A stretch of DNA of 64,000 bases from Anaerolineae bacterium (GCA_040772225.1 JAXGYO010000002.1:944448-1008447); one strand, 5' to 3'. Positions 18,976 to 30,038 are shown, counted from the first letter of the stretch. The notes: generated by a model not told the origin, from the sequence alone. Program-made: numbers and translations.

Positions 18976-20553
18976 ATGCCTGCTGATCTCTTGATGTTCA
19001 ATGGCGCCATTCGCACCATGGATCCTGCGCTACCTCTGGTCGAGGCTGTGCTGATACGCGGCGGGCACATCTTCGCTCGCGGCCCGAGCGCAGATCTCCT
19101 CCCCCTTGCCGGGGATGCGAGTCGTATCGACCTCGCCGGCCGGAGCGCGATCCCCGGCCTGGAGGACGCCCATCTCCATCTCTGTATGCACGGTCTGGCG
19201 CTGGGGCAACTGCGGCTGGACGGTTACACGAGTTTCGAAGACACGCTGCTAGCCATTCGTACGGCACAGGACACCGGATCGGGCTGGCTGAGGGGCCACG
19301 GCTGGGATCACAACACCTGGCCGGTGCCCGTGAAACCGACGCGCCACGATCTGGATCGCGTCGCACCACACCGCCCCGTAGCCTTGGACTCAAAGGACCT
19401 GCATTCGCTCTGGGTGAACACCGCGGCCCTCGAACTCGCCGGACTGGACGAAAACACGCCCGATATTCCCGGCGGCGAGATCCTCCGCGATGAACAGGGT
19501 TGGCCTCTGGGCATTCTCTCCGAGAAGGCCAAACAACTGGTGGAGCAGGCCATTCCCGCGCCTTCGGAGCAGGAGATGCTCGCCGCTGCGCGCCTGGCGG
19601 TATCCGATGCCGTACGGCTGGGTTTGACTGCCGTGCATAGCTGCGAGGGCCCGGAATCATTCGGCGCCCTGGCCGCCCTCGATCGCGCAGGCGAGCTCCC
19701 CCTCCGCATCTGGCACATGCTCCCCGCAGCGTACCTGGATCAGGCGCTCGATCTCCGCCTGGCCACTGGCTATGGCACAGAGCGACTGCGAATCGGTCAC
19801 ATCAAGATGTTCGCCGATGGTGCCCTCGGCTCGGGCACTGCTGAGATGCTGGCGCCTTACGAAGGCACAGAGGGTTCGTTTGGGGTGGCTGCAACCACCA
19901 CCGAAGAGATCTTCGATACCGTATTACGCGCCGCGCGGGGTGGCTTGGCCTCGGCAGTGCACGCCATCGGGGATGCCGCAAACCGGCGGGTCCTGGACAT
20001 CTACGAACAGGTAGCCCGAGAGCAGCCCCGGCACCACCTGCGACAGCGTATCGAGCACGTGCAGCTCATCACACCCACGGATCAGGAGCGTCTGAGCCGG
20101 CTTGGAGTGATCGCGTCGATGCAGCCTATCCACTGCACCCAGGACATGGTCATGGCGCAGCGCCAGTGGGGCGACCGTTGCCGCTACGCCTATCCCTGGC
20201 GCAGCCTGCTCTCGGCCGGCGCCAGACTGGCCTTTGGCACCGATGCCCCGGTAGAGGAACTGGATCCACTCAAGGGTATCTATGCGGCGGTCACGCGCAA
20301 GCGCGCAGATCGGAGCCCTGATGGAGGCTGGTATCCGGGACAGACGCTAACCCTTGATCAGGCGCTTGAAGCGTACACAGTCGGGAGTGCCTTCGCTGCC
20401 TACGGTGAGAGCGAGCGCGGCCGCATAGCTCCAGGCCTGCGGGGCGATCTCACCGTCTTTTCGAGCGCACTCTCAGACGATGATCCCGAGGCCTTGCTCA
20501 ACCTGCAGGTGGACTGTACGATCGTGGGCGGCCAGATCGCGTATCAGCGCTGA
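18976..20553 (+). CDS. Amidohydrolase family protein (YtcJ-like metal-dependent hydrolase)
   Basis: Amidohydrolase_3 architecture with HxH metal motif (AHLHL), length 525 aa. Confidence 0.8.
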   Translation: MPADLLMFNGAIRTMDPALPLVEAVLIRGGHIFARGPSADLLPLAGDASRIDLAGRSAIPGLEDAHLHLCMHGLALGQLRLDGYTSFEDTLLAIRTAQDTGSGWLRGHGWDHNTWPVPVKPTRHDLDRVAPHRPVALDSKDLHSLWVNTAALELAGLDENTPDIPGGEILRDEQGWPLGILSEKAKQLVEQAIPAPSEQEMLAAARLAVSDAVRLGLTAVHSCEGPESFGALAALDRAGELPLRIWHMLPAAYLDQALDLRLATGYGTERLRIGHIKMFADGALGSGTAEMLAPYEGTEGSFGVAATTTEEIFDTVLRAARGGLASAVHAIGDAANRRVLDIYEQVAREQPRHHLRQRIEHVQLITPTDQERLSRLGVIASMQPIHCTQDMVMAQRQWGDRCRYAYPWRSLLSAGARLAFGTDAPVEELDPLKGIYAAVTRKRADRSPDGGWYPGQTLTLDQALEAYTVGSAFAAYGESERGRIAPGLRGDLTVFSSALSDDDPEALLNLQVDCTIVGGQIAYQR

Positions 20554-20583
20554 CCGCCCACAAACTCTGACTATAGAACGGGC

Positions 20584-23079
20584 TCAGTCCTGGAAGCTCT
20601 CCACGATACGCCGGTAGCGTTGCACCAGCCCGGAGGCCTGCTCATCGCTGGATGCCTGCGCAAAGACGTGGAACAGCGGATTGTCCGCATCGGGCAGCAC
20701 AAGCACCCACTCCTCATCCCCTAACATGATCTTGACGCCGTCGATCTGCTCCGCCAGGCGCTCTTTGTACTGCTGGTTGAGCAGCCGCATCACTTTGCCC
20801 TTGGCCTCCCAGGGACAGGTGACCTCACTTTGCGCCACATAGTAGGGGGGCACATTGGCCAGAGCGGCCTGCAGCGTCACCTGCTGATGGGTCATGAACT
20901 CGAGCAACTTGGCCACGGTCATCATCCCATCGACTACGGCCTGAAACTCGGGCCAGATAAAGCTGCCGTTTCCATCCGTGGCCATCACGACGCCCGGCTC
21001 ACTGGCAGCGCGCATCAAAGAGGGGAGATTCACCTTGGTCCGTATCACCCGCCCGCCGTAACGCGCTGCGATCTGCTCAAACACCGTAGGCATCGATACA
21101 GGAACCGCGATCGTCCCACCGCCCTTGCTCTTGAGCACCACATCGGCGAGCATCGCGCCTAACTGAACACCGCTAATGGAACCCCCATTGTTGTCGACAA
21201 CAAAGACTCTTTCGCCGCCGACGTCCAGCCGCACACCCATGACGGTGTCCAGGGTGAGACAGATCTTACCCAGCTGCTCGATCGAGCTCTGGAACTCCTC
21301 CGGCAGGATGGACATCTTGGTCTCGTCGGGTGCTTCGTTCAGGGCCACGGTCCGGCAGTTGAGTGCTGTCAGAATGGGCGCAAGAACGGCACCAGTGGGC
21401 GCATTGGCAAAGTCCACCGCCACATAGTGGTTCGCCGCGCGGATAGCCTCCACATCCAGGTTGGCCATAAAGGCCTCGTGGTAGCGATCGACGACGTGGT
21501 CCGCATAGCTGATGGTACCGATCTCGTCCAGGTACACGCGCCGAAAGTCCTCACGGAAGAAAACCTGCTCGATGTTTCGCTCCTGTGCCTTGGTCAGGTC
21601 CTGACCGTTCTTGTCAAAGAACTTTATGTCGACCACCCGGTTGTCATAGGGCGACAGGCGCAAATGAACACCGCCTGCCGTGTTGGCGTGCTTGGTATAG
21701 TATCGCGCCACAGGGATAGGCATGGACTGCAGGTCGAGGACGTTGACTCCCGCGGACGGCAGGCCGGAGATCACGCCACGTTTGAGCATTCGCGGACTGC
21801 GGTGCGGATCGCGGTTGATGGTCACCACGGCACCCTTGGGGAGCGTGGCGCCGAAAGTTGCCCCCAGGCGGGCGGCGAACTCGGGCGTGAGATCGATATT
21901 GACGAGGCCCGTCACGCCGAACCGCCCAAACAACACATGTCGCCCCTGAGCGCCCCAGATGATGCTATTGTTGACACTGGCACCCGCATCGACCTCTTTA
22001 TTCGGCCAGATCTTGACGTTGGGATGAATGATCGCCCCCTCACCGATCACGGACGAGTCGCCGATCACGGCTCCCTCAAAGACGACACTCTTGCGCTTGA
22101 GGCTCACCTGTCGTCCGATAATCGCACCGCGTATCTCGGCGCCCTCTCCGATGTAGCAGTTGCGCCAGATAACGCTGCGATCCAGATCGGCATAGCGATC
22201 CACAACGCTATAGTTGCGGATGACCGTGGGTCCATGCACGATCACACCTTGCTTGATCTTGACACCGTCGCCCAGGTACACAGGCCCGTACAACTGCGCA
22301 TCAGGAGCGATTTCGACCCCTTCACCGACCCAGATACCTTCGCCGATCTGCTCGCCGAATGAGCCCACCTTGACCTCGCCGGAGAGCATGTCGGCGTTAG
22401 CGCGCATGAACTCGGCCAGGTTCCCCACGTCGCACCAGTACCCGTCTGCGACATAGCCATACATCGGATCGCCCTTTTCCAGGAGCATCGGAAATAGTTC
22501 CTGGCTAAAGTCGTACTTGGTTTCGGCGGGGAAATAGTCGAGCACTTGCGGTTCCAGGACATAGATACCTGTGTTGACGTTATCGGAGATGACCTCACCC
22601 CAGCTGGGCTTTTCCAGGAATTGGCGGATAGCCCCTTCCTCATCCAGGATCACAACGCCATACTCTAGAGGATTGGGGACTCTGTATAGCGTGAGGGTGG
22701 CGAGGCTCTTCTTTTGCTTGTGGTAGGCGATGACAGCGGAAAGATCGATATCTGTGAGAGCATCGCCGCTGATGACGATAAAGGTGTCGTCCAGCAGGTG
22801 TTGCGCTTGCTTGACGCTACCGGCCGTGCCTAGCGGGGACTCTTCTATCGAGTAGTCGATGTGCATCCCAAGGCTGGAACCGTCCCCAAAATAGTCCTGA
22901 ATCGCCTCTGCCATGAACTGCAGCGTGATCACAACATCGGTGATCCCATGCCTTTTGACCAGGTCCAGGATGTGGGCGATCACAGGCTGGTTCACAATCG
23001 GCACCATCGGCTTGGGACGATTCACCGTAAGGGGCCTCAACCTCGAGCCCGCACCACCAGCCATAACGACGGCTTTCAT
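20584..23079 (-). CDS. Bifunctional sugar-1-phosphate nucleotidylyltransferase (ManC/GlmU-like NTase plus left-handed beta-helix) fused to alpha-D-phosphohexomutase (PGM/PMM) domain
   Basis: N-terminus GGxGxRL NTP-transferase motif ([12 protein letters not shown]) and hexapeptide repeats. C-terminal 450 aa show PGM/PMM domains I-IV (GIRG-like, metal-binding loop). Confidence 0.7.
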   Translation of the reverse strand: MKAVVMAGGAGSRLRPLTVNRPKPMVPIVNQPVIAHILDLVKRHGITDVVITLQFMAEAIQDYFGDGSSLGMHIDYSIEESPLGTAGSVKQAQHLLDDTFIVISGDALTDIDLSAVIAYHKQKKSLATLTLYRVPNPLEYGVVILDEEGAIRQFLEKPSWGEVISDNVNTGIYVLEPQVLDYFPAETKYDFSQELFPMLLEKGDPMYGYVADGYWCDVGNLAEFMRANADMLSGEVKVGSFGEQIGEGIWVGEGVEIAPDAQLYGPVYLGDGVKIKQGVIVHGPTVIRNYSVVDRYADLDRSVIWRNCYIGEGAEIRGAIIGRQVSLKRKSVVFEGAVIGDSSVIGEGAIIHPNVKIWPNKEVDAGASVNNSIIWGAQGRHVLFGRFGVTGLVNIDLTPEFAARLGATFGATLPKGAVVTINRDPHRSPRMLKRGVISGLPSAGVNVLDLQSMPIPVARYYTKHANTAGGVHLRLSPYDNRVVDIKFFDKNGQDLTKAQERNIEQVFFREDFRRVYLDEIGTISYADHVVDRYHEAFMANLDVEAIRAANHYVAVDFANAPTGAVLAPILTALNCRTVALNEAPDETKMSILPEEFQSSIEQLGKICLTLDTVMGVRLDVGGERVFVVDNNGGSISGVQLGAMLADVVLKSKGGGTIAVPVSMPTVFEQIAARYGGRVIRTKVNLPSLMRAASEPGVVMATDGNGSFIWPEFQAVVDGMMTVAKLLEFMTHQQVTLQAALANVPPYYVAQSEVTCPWEAKGKVMRLLNQQYKERLAEQIDGVKIMLGDEEWVLVLPDADNPLFHVFAQASSDEQASGLVQRYRRIVESFQD

Positions 23080-23212
23080 CGCTTCCTCCCTTTACGCTAG
23101 AGACGTGCAATCTGGTGTTTACGTACAGACACCCTTGTCTGGCACGATTATATCATGCGCCCCACTCAAACGGTAGCGCCCGTCACAACCAGGGCAGCCG
23201 CGCGAGGAAGCT

Positions 23213-23857
23213 TTATTGCTCGAGATGTGCCCGGGCAATGTTTGCCAGAAACTCGGACCGGATCGTGTCGCTCTCCTTGAACTCTCCCAGCATGGCGCTC
23301 GTCACCATGCGGGCGTTCGCCTTTTTCACGCCGCGCATGGCCGCACACATGTGCACGCCCTCGCACACCACAGCAACACCCCTTGGGTGAAGCACATCGT
23401 CTAGAAACTCGGCGATCTGCTGTGTCATCTGCTCCTGAATCTGCAGCCGCCGGGCATACATCTCCACAATTCGCGGGATCTTGCTTAGCCCGATCACCTT
23501 GCCATTGGGGATGTAACCGACATGACAGCGCCCAAAAAACGGCAGCAGATGATGCTCGCACATACTGTAGTAGTCGATACTGCGTACGACGACCATCTCG
23601 TCATAGGTCACGTCAAAGACAGCGTCGTTCACCAGGCGCACGGGATCGACATGGTAGCCTGCTGTGAGCTCCGCCCATGCCCTGGCCACCCTGTCCGGAG
23701 TGCGTACCAGACCCTGCCGTTCCGGATTCTCGCCGATCGCGACGAGAATAGCGCGCACGGCGCACACAATATCATCGGTACACTCCTGCTCGGCGACATC
23801 CAGCAAGTCGTTCCTGAACGCATCATACTCGGCCGGGTTAACCCGTAATTGCGTCAT
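23213..23857 (-). CDS. folE: GTP cyclohydrolase I
   Basis: Conserved [14 protein letters not shown] motifs. Confidence 0.9.
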   Translation of the reverse strand: MTQLRVNPAEYDAFRNDLLDVAEQECTDDIVCAVRAILVAIGENPERQGLVRTPDRVARAWAELTAGYHVDPVRLVNDAVFDVTYDEMVVVRSIDYYSMCEHHLLPFFGRCHVGYIPNGKVIGLSKIPRIVEMYARRLQIQEQMTQQIAEFLDDVLHPRGVAVVCEGVHMCAAMRGVKKANARMVTSAMLGEFKESDTIRSEFLANIARAHLEQ

Positions 23858-24378
23858 CAGTCTCCCTTCGTTTGCAGTTTATGCACGTCTATTCGTATAT
23901 CGTCGCGCGCGGCTATCCCGCCCGAATCCACCCGCACAGCAATCTCCCGCATAGTATCCCCCGTCTCTGGATGCACTAGATCAGGAGCGAGGTCAGCCAT
24001 GGGACAGGCCACATGAGCCAGGCGCACCAGATCTGGATCGGGAATGCGCCGCCCGCCGCAGATCAATCTGCGATCACCATATAGGACAATGTCCAGATCG
24101 ATGGTTCGCGGTCCATACTTGTTTCTGGTACGCACGCGTCCCAGCGCAGCCTCTACGGGTCTCAACACGGCCTTGAGCAATCTAGTGGGCGACAGGTCGG
24201 TCTCCAGACTCACAATGGCGTTGAGAAAGCAGGGTTGCTCTCGATAGCCCACTGGGGCGCTCTCGAAAACAGCAGAGATGCCCGTCAGGATCACCTGCTC
24301 ACCAAGCAACTCCACCGCTCGACGGAGATTCTCCTCCGGATTCACGTTCGATCCAAGCAGGACATACGCAGTCGTCAT
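23857..24378 (-). CDS. folK: 2-amino-4-hydroxy-6-hydroxymethyldihydropteridine pyrophosphokinase
   Basis: HPPK motifs ([14 protein letters not shown]). ATGA overlap with folE. Confidence 0.9.
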   Translation of the reverse strand: MTTAYVLLGSNVNPEENLRRAVELLGEQVILTGISAVFESAPVGYREQPCFLNAIVSLETDLSPTRLLKAVLRPVEAALGRVRTRNKYGPRTIDLDIVLYGDRRLICGGRRIPDPDLVRLAHVACPMADLAPDLVHPETGDTMREIAVRVDSGGIAARDDIRIDVHKLQTKGD

Positions 24379-24737
24379 AGATCCTCTCGTGTGCGGACGA
24401 TCTCGACCCCCACCGAGCGGGCAAAGCGCAGCGCGCCCGGCTTTTCCACACGTACTTTGACCCGCTCGACGCCAGCGTGCTGAAGGCAGAGACTGGCAAT
24501 CTCCGTGGCCAGCCTTTCCACCAGCATGGGCGCGGACGCCTCTGTATGCGCAATCACCTGCTTGGCAATGGTACGGTAGTTGACTGCATCCGCGATATCA
24601 TCAGATCGGCCCGCCGCACTAATATTCACATCAAGCGTGATGTTGATGAGGATATCCTGCGGGTTGACTCGCTCGTCATCGTTGATGCCAATGATACCCC
24701 GGACCATCAGATCACGGATCAAGATCTTGTCTGCCAT
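24375..24737 (-). CDS. folB: Dihydroneopterin aldolase
   Basis: FolB fold motifs (GIIGINDDER). RBS GGAGG before ATG 24737; the track start at 24839 was rejected. Confidence 0.85.
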   Translation of the reverse strand: MADKILIRDLMVRGIIGINDDERVNPQDILINITLDVNISAAGRSDDIADAVNYRTIAKQVIAHTEASAPMLVERLATEIASLCLQHAGVERVKVRVEKPGALRFARSVGVEIVRTREDL

Positions 24738-24759
24738 GCTAGCCTCCAAACACCGTGCG

Positions 24760-25485
24760 CTAAAGGTGCTCTCCGCCTGTGATTCGCAGGATCTCTCCGG
24801 TGACAAAATCAGAGCGCAGAAGATACAGCACCGCACCAACGATCTCCTGAGGATTCCCTGTGCGCCTCAGCGGCAGTCGCTCGGCCAGCCTCTCAAAGTA
24901 GCCGTCGTCCTCAGGAGATGGCAGGATGGCACCGGGCGCCAACGCATTCACCTGGACATCCGGCCCGAGAGCCAGCGCCAGACTCTGGGTCAGCGTGACG
25001 AGGGCGCTCTTGCTGAGGGTATAGGCCATATGCTGCGTGCCAGGCCGGATCACGCGCCAATCCGCCATATTGATGATGTGACCGCGGTGTCCCGCAGGTA
25101 ACTGCGCGGCAAAGCTCTGGCAAAGAAAGAACGGAGCCCGCAAATTGATGTCCAGATGGCGGTTCCAGTTTTCAAGCGAGGTCGAGGCCAGGGTGCCGCG
25201 CTCAAAGATGGAGGCTGAGTTGATGAGGACGTCGATGGTACCCAGTGCCTCGCGAGCTTTGGGAATCAGCCCCATCACTTCGTCCAGATCCGCGAGATTA
25301 GCCTGCAGCGCGACTGCTCGCCGTCCCAGATCACGAATCTGTCGCGCCACGTCCTCAGCAGGGCCACTGGATCTGTTATAGTGCACAACGACGTCAGCGC
25401 CCTGCTCCGCCAGCCCCAGCGCCATGGCCCGCCCCAGGCGCACGCCGGCCCCCGTTACTAGCGCGACGCGCCCCGTGATCTCCAA
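24760..25485 (-). CDS. SDR family oxidoreductase, pteridine-reductase (FolM/PTR1)-like
   Basis: TGAGVRLG Rossmann motif, YxxxK catalytic dyad. Position directly upstream of folB-folK-folE. Confidence 0.7.
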   Translation of the reverse strand: MEITGRVALVTGAGVRLGRAMALGLAEQGADVVVHYNRSSGPAEDVARQIRDLGRRAVALQANLADLDEVMGLIPKAREALGTIDVLINSASIFERGTLASTSLENWNRHLDINLRAPFFLCQSFAAQLPAGHRGHIINMADWRVIRPGTQHMAYTLSKSALVTLTQSLALALGPDVQVNALAPGAILPSPEDDGYFERLAERLPLRRTGNPQEIVGAVLYLLRSDFVTGEILRITGGEHL

Positions 25486-25533
25486 CGCTCACCTCCACTG
25501 CTGAACAGGTCTGTACCAGTATTCCATATGGCG

Positions 25534-26505
25534 TTAGGGCGCCGTCATCGACGGCATCCCGGAGCCGCTCATCTGCAGGAGCATACCCAGCCGAGTACGG
25601 GCCAGTACATAGAGCGTGTCCTGCCCCTGCTCCAACGCGAGTTCTGAGGCGTACTCAAAGTCTGACATGGCTTCGTCCCAGCGGTCGAGGCACTCCAACG
25701 CGCTGCCGCGCACCAGATAAGCATTGGCGTAAGAACTGTCGGCCGCCACCGCCCGTTGCGCATGGTCGAGGGCCAGCTCGCACTCCTGGGACAGTTCATA
25801 GGCGCGCGCCAGGCTCGACTCTAATGCGGCCTGCTCCGGCACCAGCGTCGCCAACCTCTCCAGTGCGACCTGTGCGTCTCGCTCCTTGCCCTGCTTGTCA
25901 TAGAGCGCGACCAGTGCTGCCAGCACCTCCGGTTGCTCCGCGACCACCTCCAGGGACTGCTCATAGGCTTCAATCGCCCCGACATAGTCGCCCTGTGTCA
26001 CGCGCTGATCCCCTTGCGATGAATACACGGCCGCCTGCCTTTGTTCCGGCGTTCCCCCAAACCGGCTGAGCAGTGCACTCAGCACCAGAACCAGAGCTGC
26101 CGCACCCACTACCAGGGCAACAATGCGCCGGCCCATGGCCCGGCGCGATTCTGCCACCTGATCATCCAGCCACCACCACCAGTGGTCCTCTGGCGGCGTG
26201 ACCTGTTTTCGAAGCGCATCCATTCCCTGCGCGCGCTCAGCCCTCGCCACAAGCGTAGCGGCATTGGAGAGGATCATGTTGTCTACAGTATCCAGGCGAC
26301 TGCGCTCTGCACGCACGTCGCGGCCGCGCGCTGCCAGAGCAGCCAGTTCATGTTCGAGTGCCGTGCGCTCAGTTAGCAGTTCAGCCACATCCAGTGCAGA
26401 TGGGTTCGCCATTGCCACTTCGATTGCACGGATACGCCGATCGAGTTGGGCAAAAGGGCCAACATCCAGAGTATCACCAGCGAAGCCCTTGGGCATCCTC
26501 CGCAT
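25534..26505 (-). CDS. TPR-repeat membrane protein (cytoplasmic N-domain, one TM, periplasmic TPR repeats)
   Basis: C-terminal TPR-like repeats, single TM (IVALVVGAAALVLVLSALL). The upstream 1.2 kb of the track ORF overlaps the bona fide Mrp gene on the opposite strand and was rejected. Start is uncertain (26505 or 26496). Confidence 0.5.
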   Translation of the reverse strand: MRRMPKGFAGDTLDVGPFAQLDRRIRAIEVAMANPSALDVAELLTERTALEHELAALAARGRDVRAERSRLDTVDNMILSNAATLVARAERAQGMDALRKQVTPPEDHWWWWLDDQVAESRRAMGRRIVALVVGAAALVLVLSALLSRFGGTPEQRQAAVYSSQGDQRVTQGDYVGAIEAYEQSLEVVAEQPEVLAALVALYDKQGKERDAQVALERLATLVPEQAALESSLARAYELSQECELALDHAQRAVAADSSYANAYLVRGSALECLDRWDEAMSDFEYASELALEQGQDTLYVLARTRLGMLLQMSGSGMPSMTAP

Positions 26506-26679
26506 TACCTCCCGCTCATCGCCATTAGCATGAGAGCCTGCGGGCATTATCGGCGCTGCCACAGGAGTGGTCAAACGCCGAACCGGCAGGCCGCCGAATA
26601 CGCCACTGTCTGAAAGTACAGATGCGGCACTTGTGCCTATAATGGATTCATAGAACTTCATCTCAAAGGGAGGGCAGTA

Positions 26680-27726
26680 ATGCCGACAGAACAAGAGATC
26701 AGAGACGCGCTTTCTCAGGTCATGGATCCTGAGCTCCATCGCAATATCGTCGAACTGGGAATGGTACACGATATCGCCCTGAAGGATGGCACAGTCTCCT
26801 TTACCCTGGCCTTGACGATACTGGCGTGCCCGATGCGCAATCAGATGCAGGACGATGCCCGAACAAGGCTCATGGCGCTGCCGGGCGTGAAAGACGTCCA
26901 TATCGATATCCGGGAGATGACCCCTGAGGAGAAACAAGCGATTCAGGGCGCGCCCGAATCTGAAGGTACCGCCGCGGCGTACAACAACATCAAGCGCGTG
27001 ATCGCCGTCGTCAGCGGAAAAGGCGGGGTGGGCAAGTCGACCGTCTCTGCGCTCTTGGCGATAGCACTGCAGCGGCAGGGCTATCGCGTAGGACTGCTGG
27101 ACGCGGACATCACGGGGCCAAGCATTCCGAAGATGCTGCTGCAGGGCCAGCCGCGTCCCTACGGCAGCCCGATGGGGATCCTGCCGGTTACCACACCTGC
27201 AGGCATCAAGATCATCTCCATCAATCTGCTGCTGGAGAACCCCAATCAGGCGGTTATCTGGCGAGGCCCGCTCATCAGCGGCGCGATCAAGCAGTTCTAT
27301 GGCGATGTCGCATGGGGTGACCTTGACTATCTCGTGGTGGATCTGCCGCCCGGAACTTCTGACGCCTCGCTCACCGTGATGCAGTCGATTCCCCTCGATG
27401 GTATCCTGCTGGTCACGACACCGCAAAGCCTTTCTGGCATGGTGGTGCGCAAGGCTGCCAGTATGGCGGAGCAACTCGACATACCGGTACTGGGCATTGT
27501 CGAGAATATGAGCTATGCGGTATGTCCCAAGTGCGGTGAGCGATTTGAGCTCTTTGGCTCGAGCAAGGTCGACGAACTGGCTGAGAGCATCGATGCCCCC
27601 CTGCTTGGGCAGCTCCCGATCCAGCCCGGGCTGGCAGAACTGGCCGATGCGGGCGAACTGGCCACGGCGGAGACAGCGGACTTTGAGCCTGTGGCCAAGG
27701 CCATCGTGGCCAGAATCCCCGCCTGA
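26680..27726 (+). CDS. Mrp/NBP35 (ApbC) family Fe-S cluster carrier ATPase with N-terminal DUF59/MIP18 domain
   Basis: Walker A GKGGVGKST, CxxC at the C-terminal part (CPKCG). RBS AGGGAGGG. Confidence 0.9.
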   Translation: MPTEQEIRDALSQVMDPELHRNIVELGMVHDIALKDGTVSFTLALTILACPMRNQMQDDARTRLMALPGVKDVHIDIREMTPEEKQAIQGAPESEGTAAAYNNIKRVIAVVSGKGGVGKSTVSALLAIALQRQGYRVGLLDADITGPSIPKMLLQGQPRPYGSPMGILPVTTPAGIKIISINLLLENPNQAVIWRGPLISGAIKQFYGDVAWGDLDYLVVDLPPGTSDASLTVMQSIPLDGILLVTTPQSLSGMVVRKAASMAEQLDIPVLGIVENMSYAVCPKCGERFELFGSSKVDELAESIDAPLLGQLPIQPGLAELADAGELATAETADFEPVAKAIVARIPA

Positions 27727-27748
27727 CCCAGAGCACGATGGAAACATT

Positions 27749-27780
27749 GAGGCGGCTCCGCGGAGCCGCCTCTGCTCTTA
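27749..27780. terminator. Bidirectional terminator hairpin between convergent mrp and lysK
   Basis: GAGGCGGCUCCG/CGGAGCCGCCUC perfect 12-bp stem. Confidence 0.5.
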
Positions 27781-28863
27781 TCGCGAGCCGATGCTGGCAT
27801 TGAGACGCCGCAAGACGTCTGTCAGAACGCGGATAGCCCGGAGATACTCAGCCAGCTCGATGCGCTCCTCCGGTGTGTGATCGTAAGCCGAGTCGCCCGG
27901 TCCGTACGCGACCATCGGGCACTGCCACCGGGGACCAATGACATTCATGTCCGAGGTCCCCGTCTTGCTGACGAAGGCAGCTCGCCCCCCCTCTGAACGA
28001 ATCGACGCGAGAAAGGCGCTCGTCAGCACATTACGGCTGCCGGCGCGATAGGGCTGCTCCGCCCCGCTCAGTGTCACGCGAGCATCGCCAGCCCAGTGAT
28101 CCGTCAAGCGAGAGCTGAGTTCAGCCAGATCAGCACCGGGCGGCAGGCGCAAGCCGATGCGCATCTGAACGGACTCTCTGAGACCATCTGAGCTGCTGGC
28201 GATCTCGCGAAGAGAGGGATCCAGCCGATCAAAGAGTGTTTCGATGCCCTCGTTATAGCTGAACGCATAGTCACGCAAAGCCAACCAGTATTCAATTGCG
28301 GACTCACACACCCCCCGGGCCTGTCCTGCGGTGTGCGACATGGATTGGGTCAGGGCATAATCCACGAGCAGCCGCCCCTTGTACCCAAGAGTCACCCGAT
28401 CCCAGCGGCTGGGCTCACCGATGATGACGGCTTCAGCGACAGGATAATGCTTTACCACATGGTAGGCACCCTTCGAAGTGGCTGCCTCCTCCTCTACAGC
28501 GCCCACAACCCTGACTCTCAGGTTACTTAGCGCACCTGCTCGGGCGGCAGCGCACATCATCGCGGCGAAGGGTCCCTTGGCATCGACCGCACCCCGCCCC
28601 ATCAGCCAGCCATCCTCCTGGTGCACGGGCAGATATCCAGCAACGGTGTCGATATGCCCGAGCAGGAGGACCTCGTGAGAGCCCTCGCCAATGGTACCGA
28701 CGGCATTCCCCGCGGGGTCGATGTGTGCCTCCAGGCCCATCGCCGCCATGGCCGAGACACAGGCAGAAGCGACCGCTGCCTCGTCTCCCGATGGACTGGG
28801 AATGCGCACGATACGCTCCAGGAGCGCGATTGCCTGTGCGTCATCAGGCGCTCGACAGGTCAT
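27778..28863 (-). CDS. lysK: [LysW]-lysine/ornithine hydrolase, M20 peptidase family
   Basis: M20 (ArgE/DapE-like) motifs (HIDTV, GxxD). Last gene of the LysW cluster. ATG 28863 abuts the lysJ stop (TAAgATG). Confidence 0.8.
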   Translation of the reverse strand: MTCRAPDDAQAIALLERIVRIPSPSGDEAAVASACVSAMAAMGLEAHIDPAGNAVGTIGEGSHEVLLLGHIDTVAGYLPVHQEDGWLMGRGAVDAKGPFAAMMCAAARAGALSNLRVRVVGAVEEEAATSKGAYHVVKHYPVAEAVIIGEPSRWDRVTLGYKGRLLVDYALTQSMSHTAGQARGVCESAIEYWLALRDYAFSYNEGIETLFDRLDPSLREIASSSDGLRESVQMRIGLRLPPGADLAELSSRLTDHWAGDARVTLSGAEQPYRAGSRNVLTSAFLASIRSEGGRAAFVSKTGTSDMNVIGPRWQCPMVAYGPGDSAYDHTPEERIELAEYLRAIRVLTDVLRRLNASIGSR

Positions 28864-28864
28864 C

Positions 28865-30028
28865 TTACGCCGCCTGCGCCAATACGCGTTCGATCGTGTC
28901 ACAGACGGTGGCCAGATCTTGATCGGAGATGACCAGAGGCGGCAGCAAGCGAACGACAGTTCTTCCCGCAGGGAGTGCCATCACGCCCTCGTCTGCAAGG
29001 GCCTTGAGAACCTGTGTCGCGCGGGTGCGCAACTCGATGCCGATCATCAAGCCGATCCCGCGGACCTCTCGGATCGCGCGAGCATCGATACTCCTCAGCC
29101 TTGAGAGCACCCACTCCCCCTTACGTGCCGCCTCGCCAGCCAGGTCATGATCGAGCATGTACTGGATAGCGGCCAGAGACGCGGCGCAAGCCAGCGGATT
29201 ACCACCAAAGGTCGTCCCATGCACGCCGGGCGAGATGTTCGTGACGCGATCACCCAGGAGCAAGGCCCCCATGGGCACCCCCCCGGCGATGCCCTTGGCA
29301 ACAGCCATCAGATCGGGCTGGAGACCGTGGTGCTCGCACGCAAACATGCGCCCCGTGCGGCCGAAACCAGTCTGCACCTCGTCGACAATGAACAGCGCAC
29401 CGCGCTCCCGGCAAAGCGCTTGCACTCCGCGCAAATAGTCGCCGTCGCCCGGGTTGACACCCCCCTCACCCTGCACCACCTCGAGAATCACTGCCGACGT
29501 TTCGTCAGAGATGGCCCCCTCCATCGCCTCCAAACGACCGTACGGCACATGGCTCACACCCGGCAGCAACGGCTCAAAGGGCTGCCGATAGTGTGGCTCC
29601 CAGGTGGTAGAGAGGGCACCGAGGGTACGCCCATGAAAGCCGCGCTGCGCTGCGACGATCCCTGCCCGACCGGTGCTCAGCCGCGCAAGCTTGAGCGCCC
29701 CCTCCACAGCCTCCGTGCCCGAGTTGACCAGCATGACACGTTCCAGCCCCTGTGGCGCGATCGACACAAGCCTTTCCAACAGGCGAGCGCGCACGTCGTT
29801 ATAAAAGATCTCCGGACAGGTAATCAGCGTCTGCGCCTGATCACAGATGGCCTGCACCACCGCCGGATTGCAGTGCCCCACAATCGCCACGCCATGGCCG
29901 CCCACACAGTCAATATACTCTTTGCCGGCATCATCCCAGATGTGCGCGCCCTGGCCCCGGACGATCGTGACGTCGCGTTTGGAGTAGCAACCGCTCGTAT
30001 AGCGCTGTTCGAGCTCCATGATATCCAT
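28865..30028 (-). CDS. lysJ: [LysW]-aminoadipate semialdehyde/acetylornithine aminotransferase (class III PLP)
   Basis: Class-III aminotransferase motifs including the PLP-lysine region (DEVQTGFGRTG). RBS AGGAGG before ATG 30028. Confidence 0.85.
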   Translation of the reverse strand: MDIMELEQRYTSGCYSKRDVTIVRGQGAHIWDDAGKEYIDCVGGHGVAIVGHCNPAVVQAICDQAQTLITCPEIFYNDVRARLLERLVSIAPQGLERVMLVNSGTEAVEGALKLARLSTGRAGIVAAQRGFHGRTLGALSTTWEPHYRQPFEPLLPGVSHVPYGRLEAMEGAISDETSAVILEVVQGEGGVNPGDGDYLRGVQALCRERGALFIVDEVQTGFGRTGRMFACEHHGLQPDLMAVAKGIAGGVPMGALLLGDRVTNISPGVHGTTFGGNPLACAASLAAIQYMLDHDLAGEAARKGEWVLSRLRSIDARAIREVRGIGLMIGIELRTRATQVLKALADEGVMALPAGRTVVRLLPPLVISDQDLATVCDTIERVLAQAA

Positions 30029-30038
30029 GCAAAACCTC

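Noticed and set aside
25534-27747. 737-aa minus-strand ORF spanning the Mrp/ApbC gene region
   Set aside because: Its upstream two-thirds lie antisense to a bona fide, motif-rich Mrp/NBP35 gene (Walker A, DUF59). Only the C-terminal 323 codons (TM plus TPR repeats) look like a real protein. Long spurious antisense ORFs are expected at this GC content.
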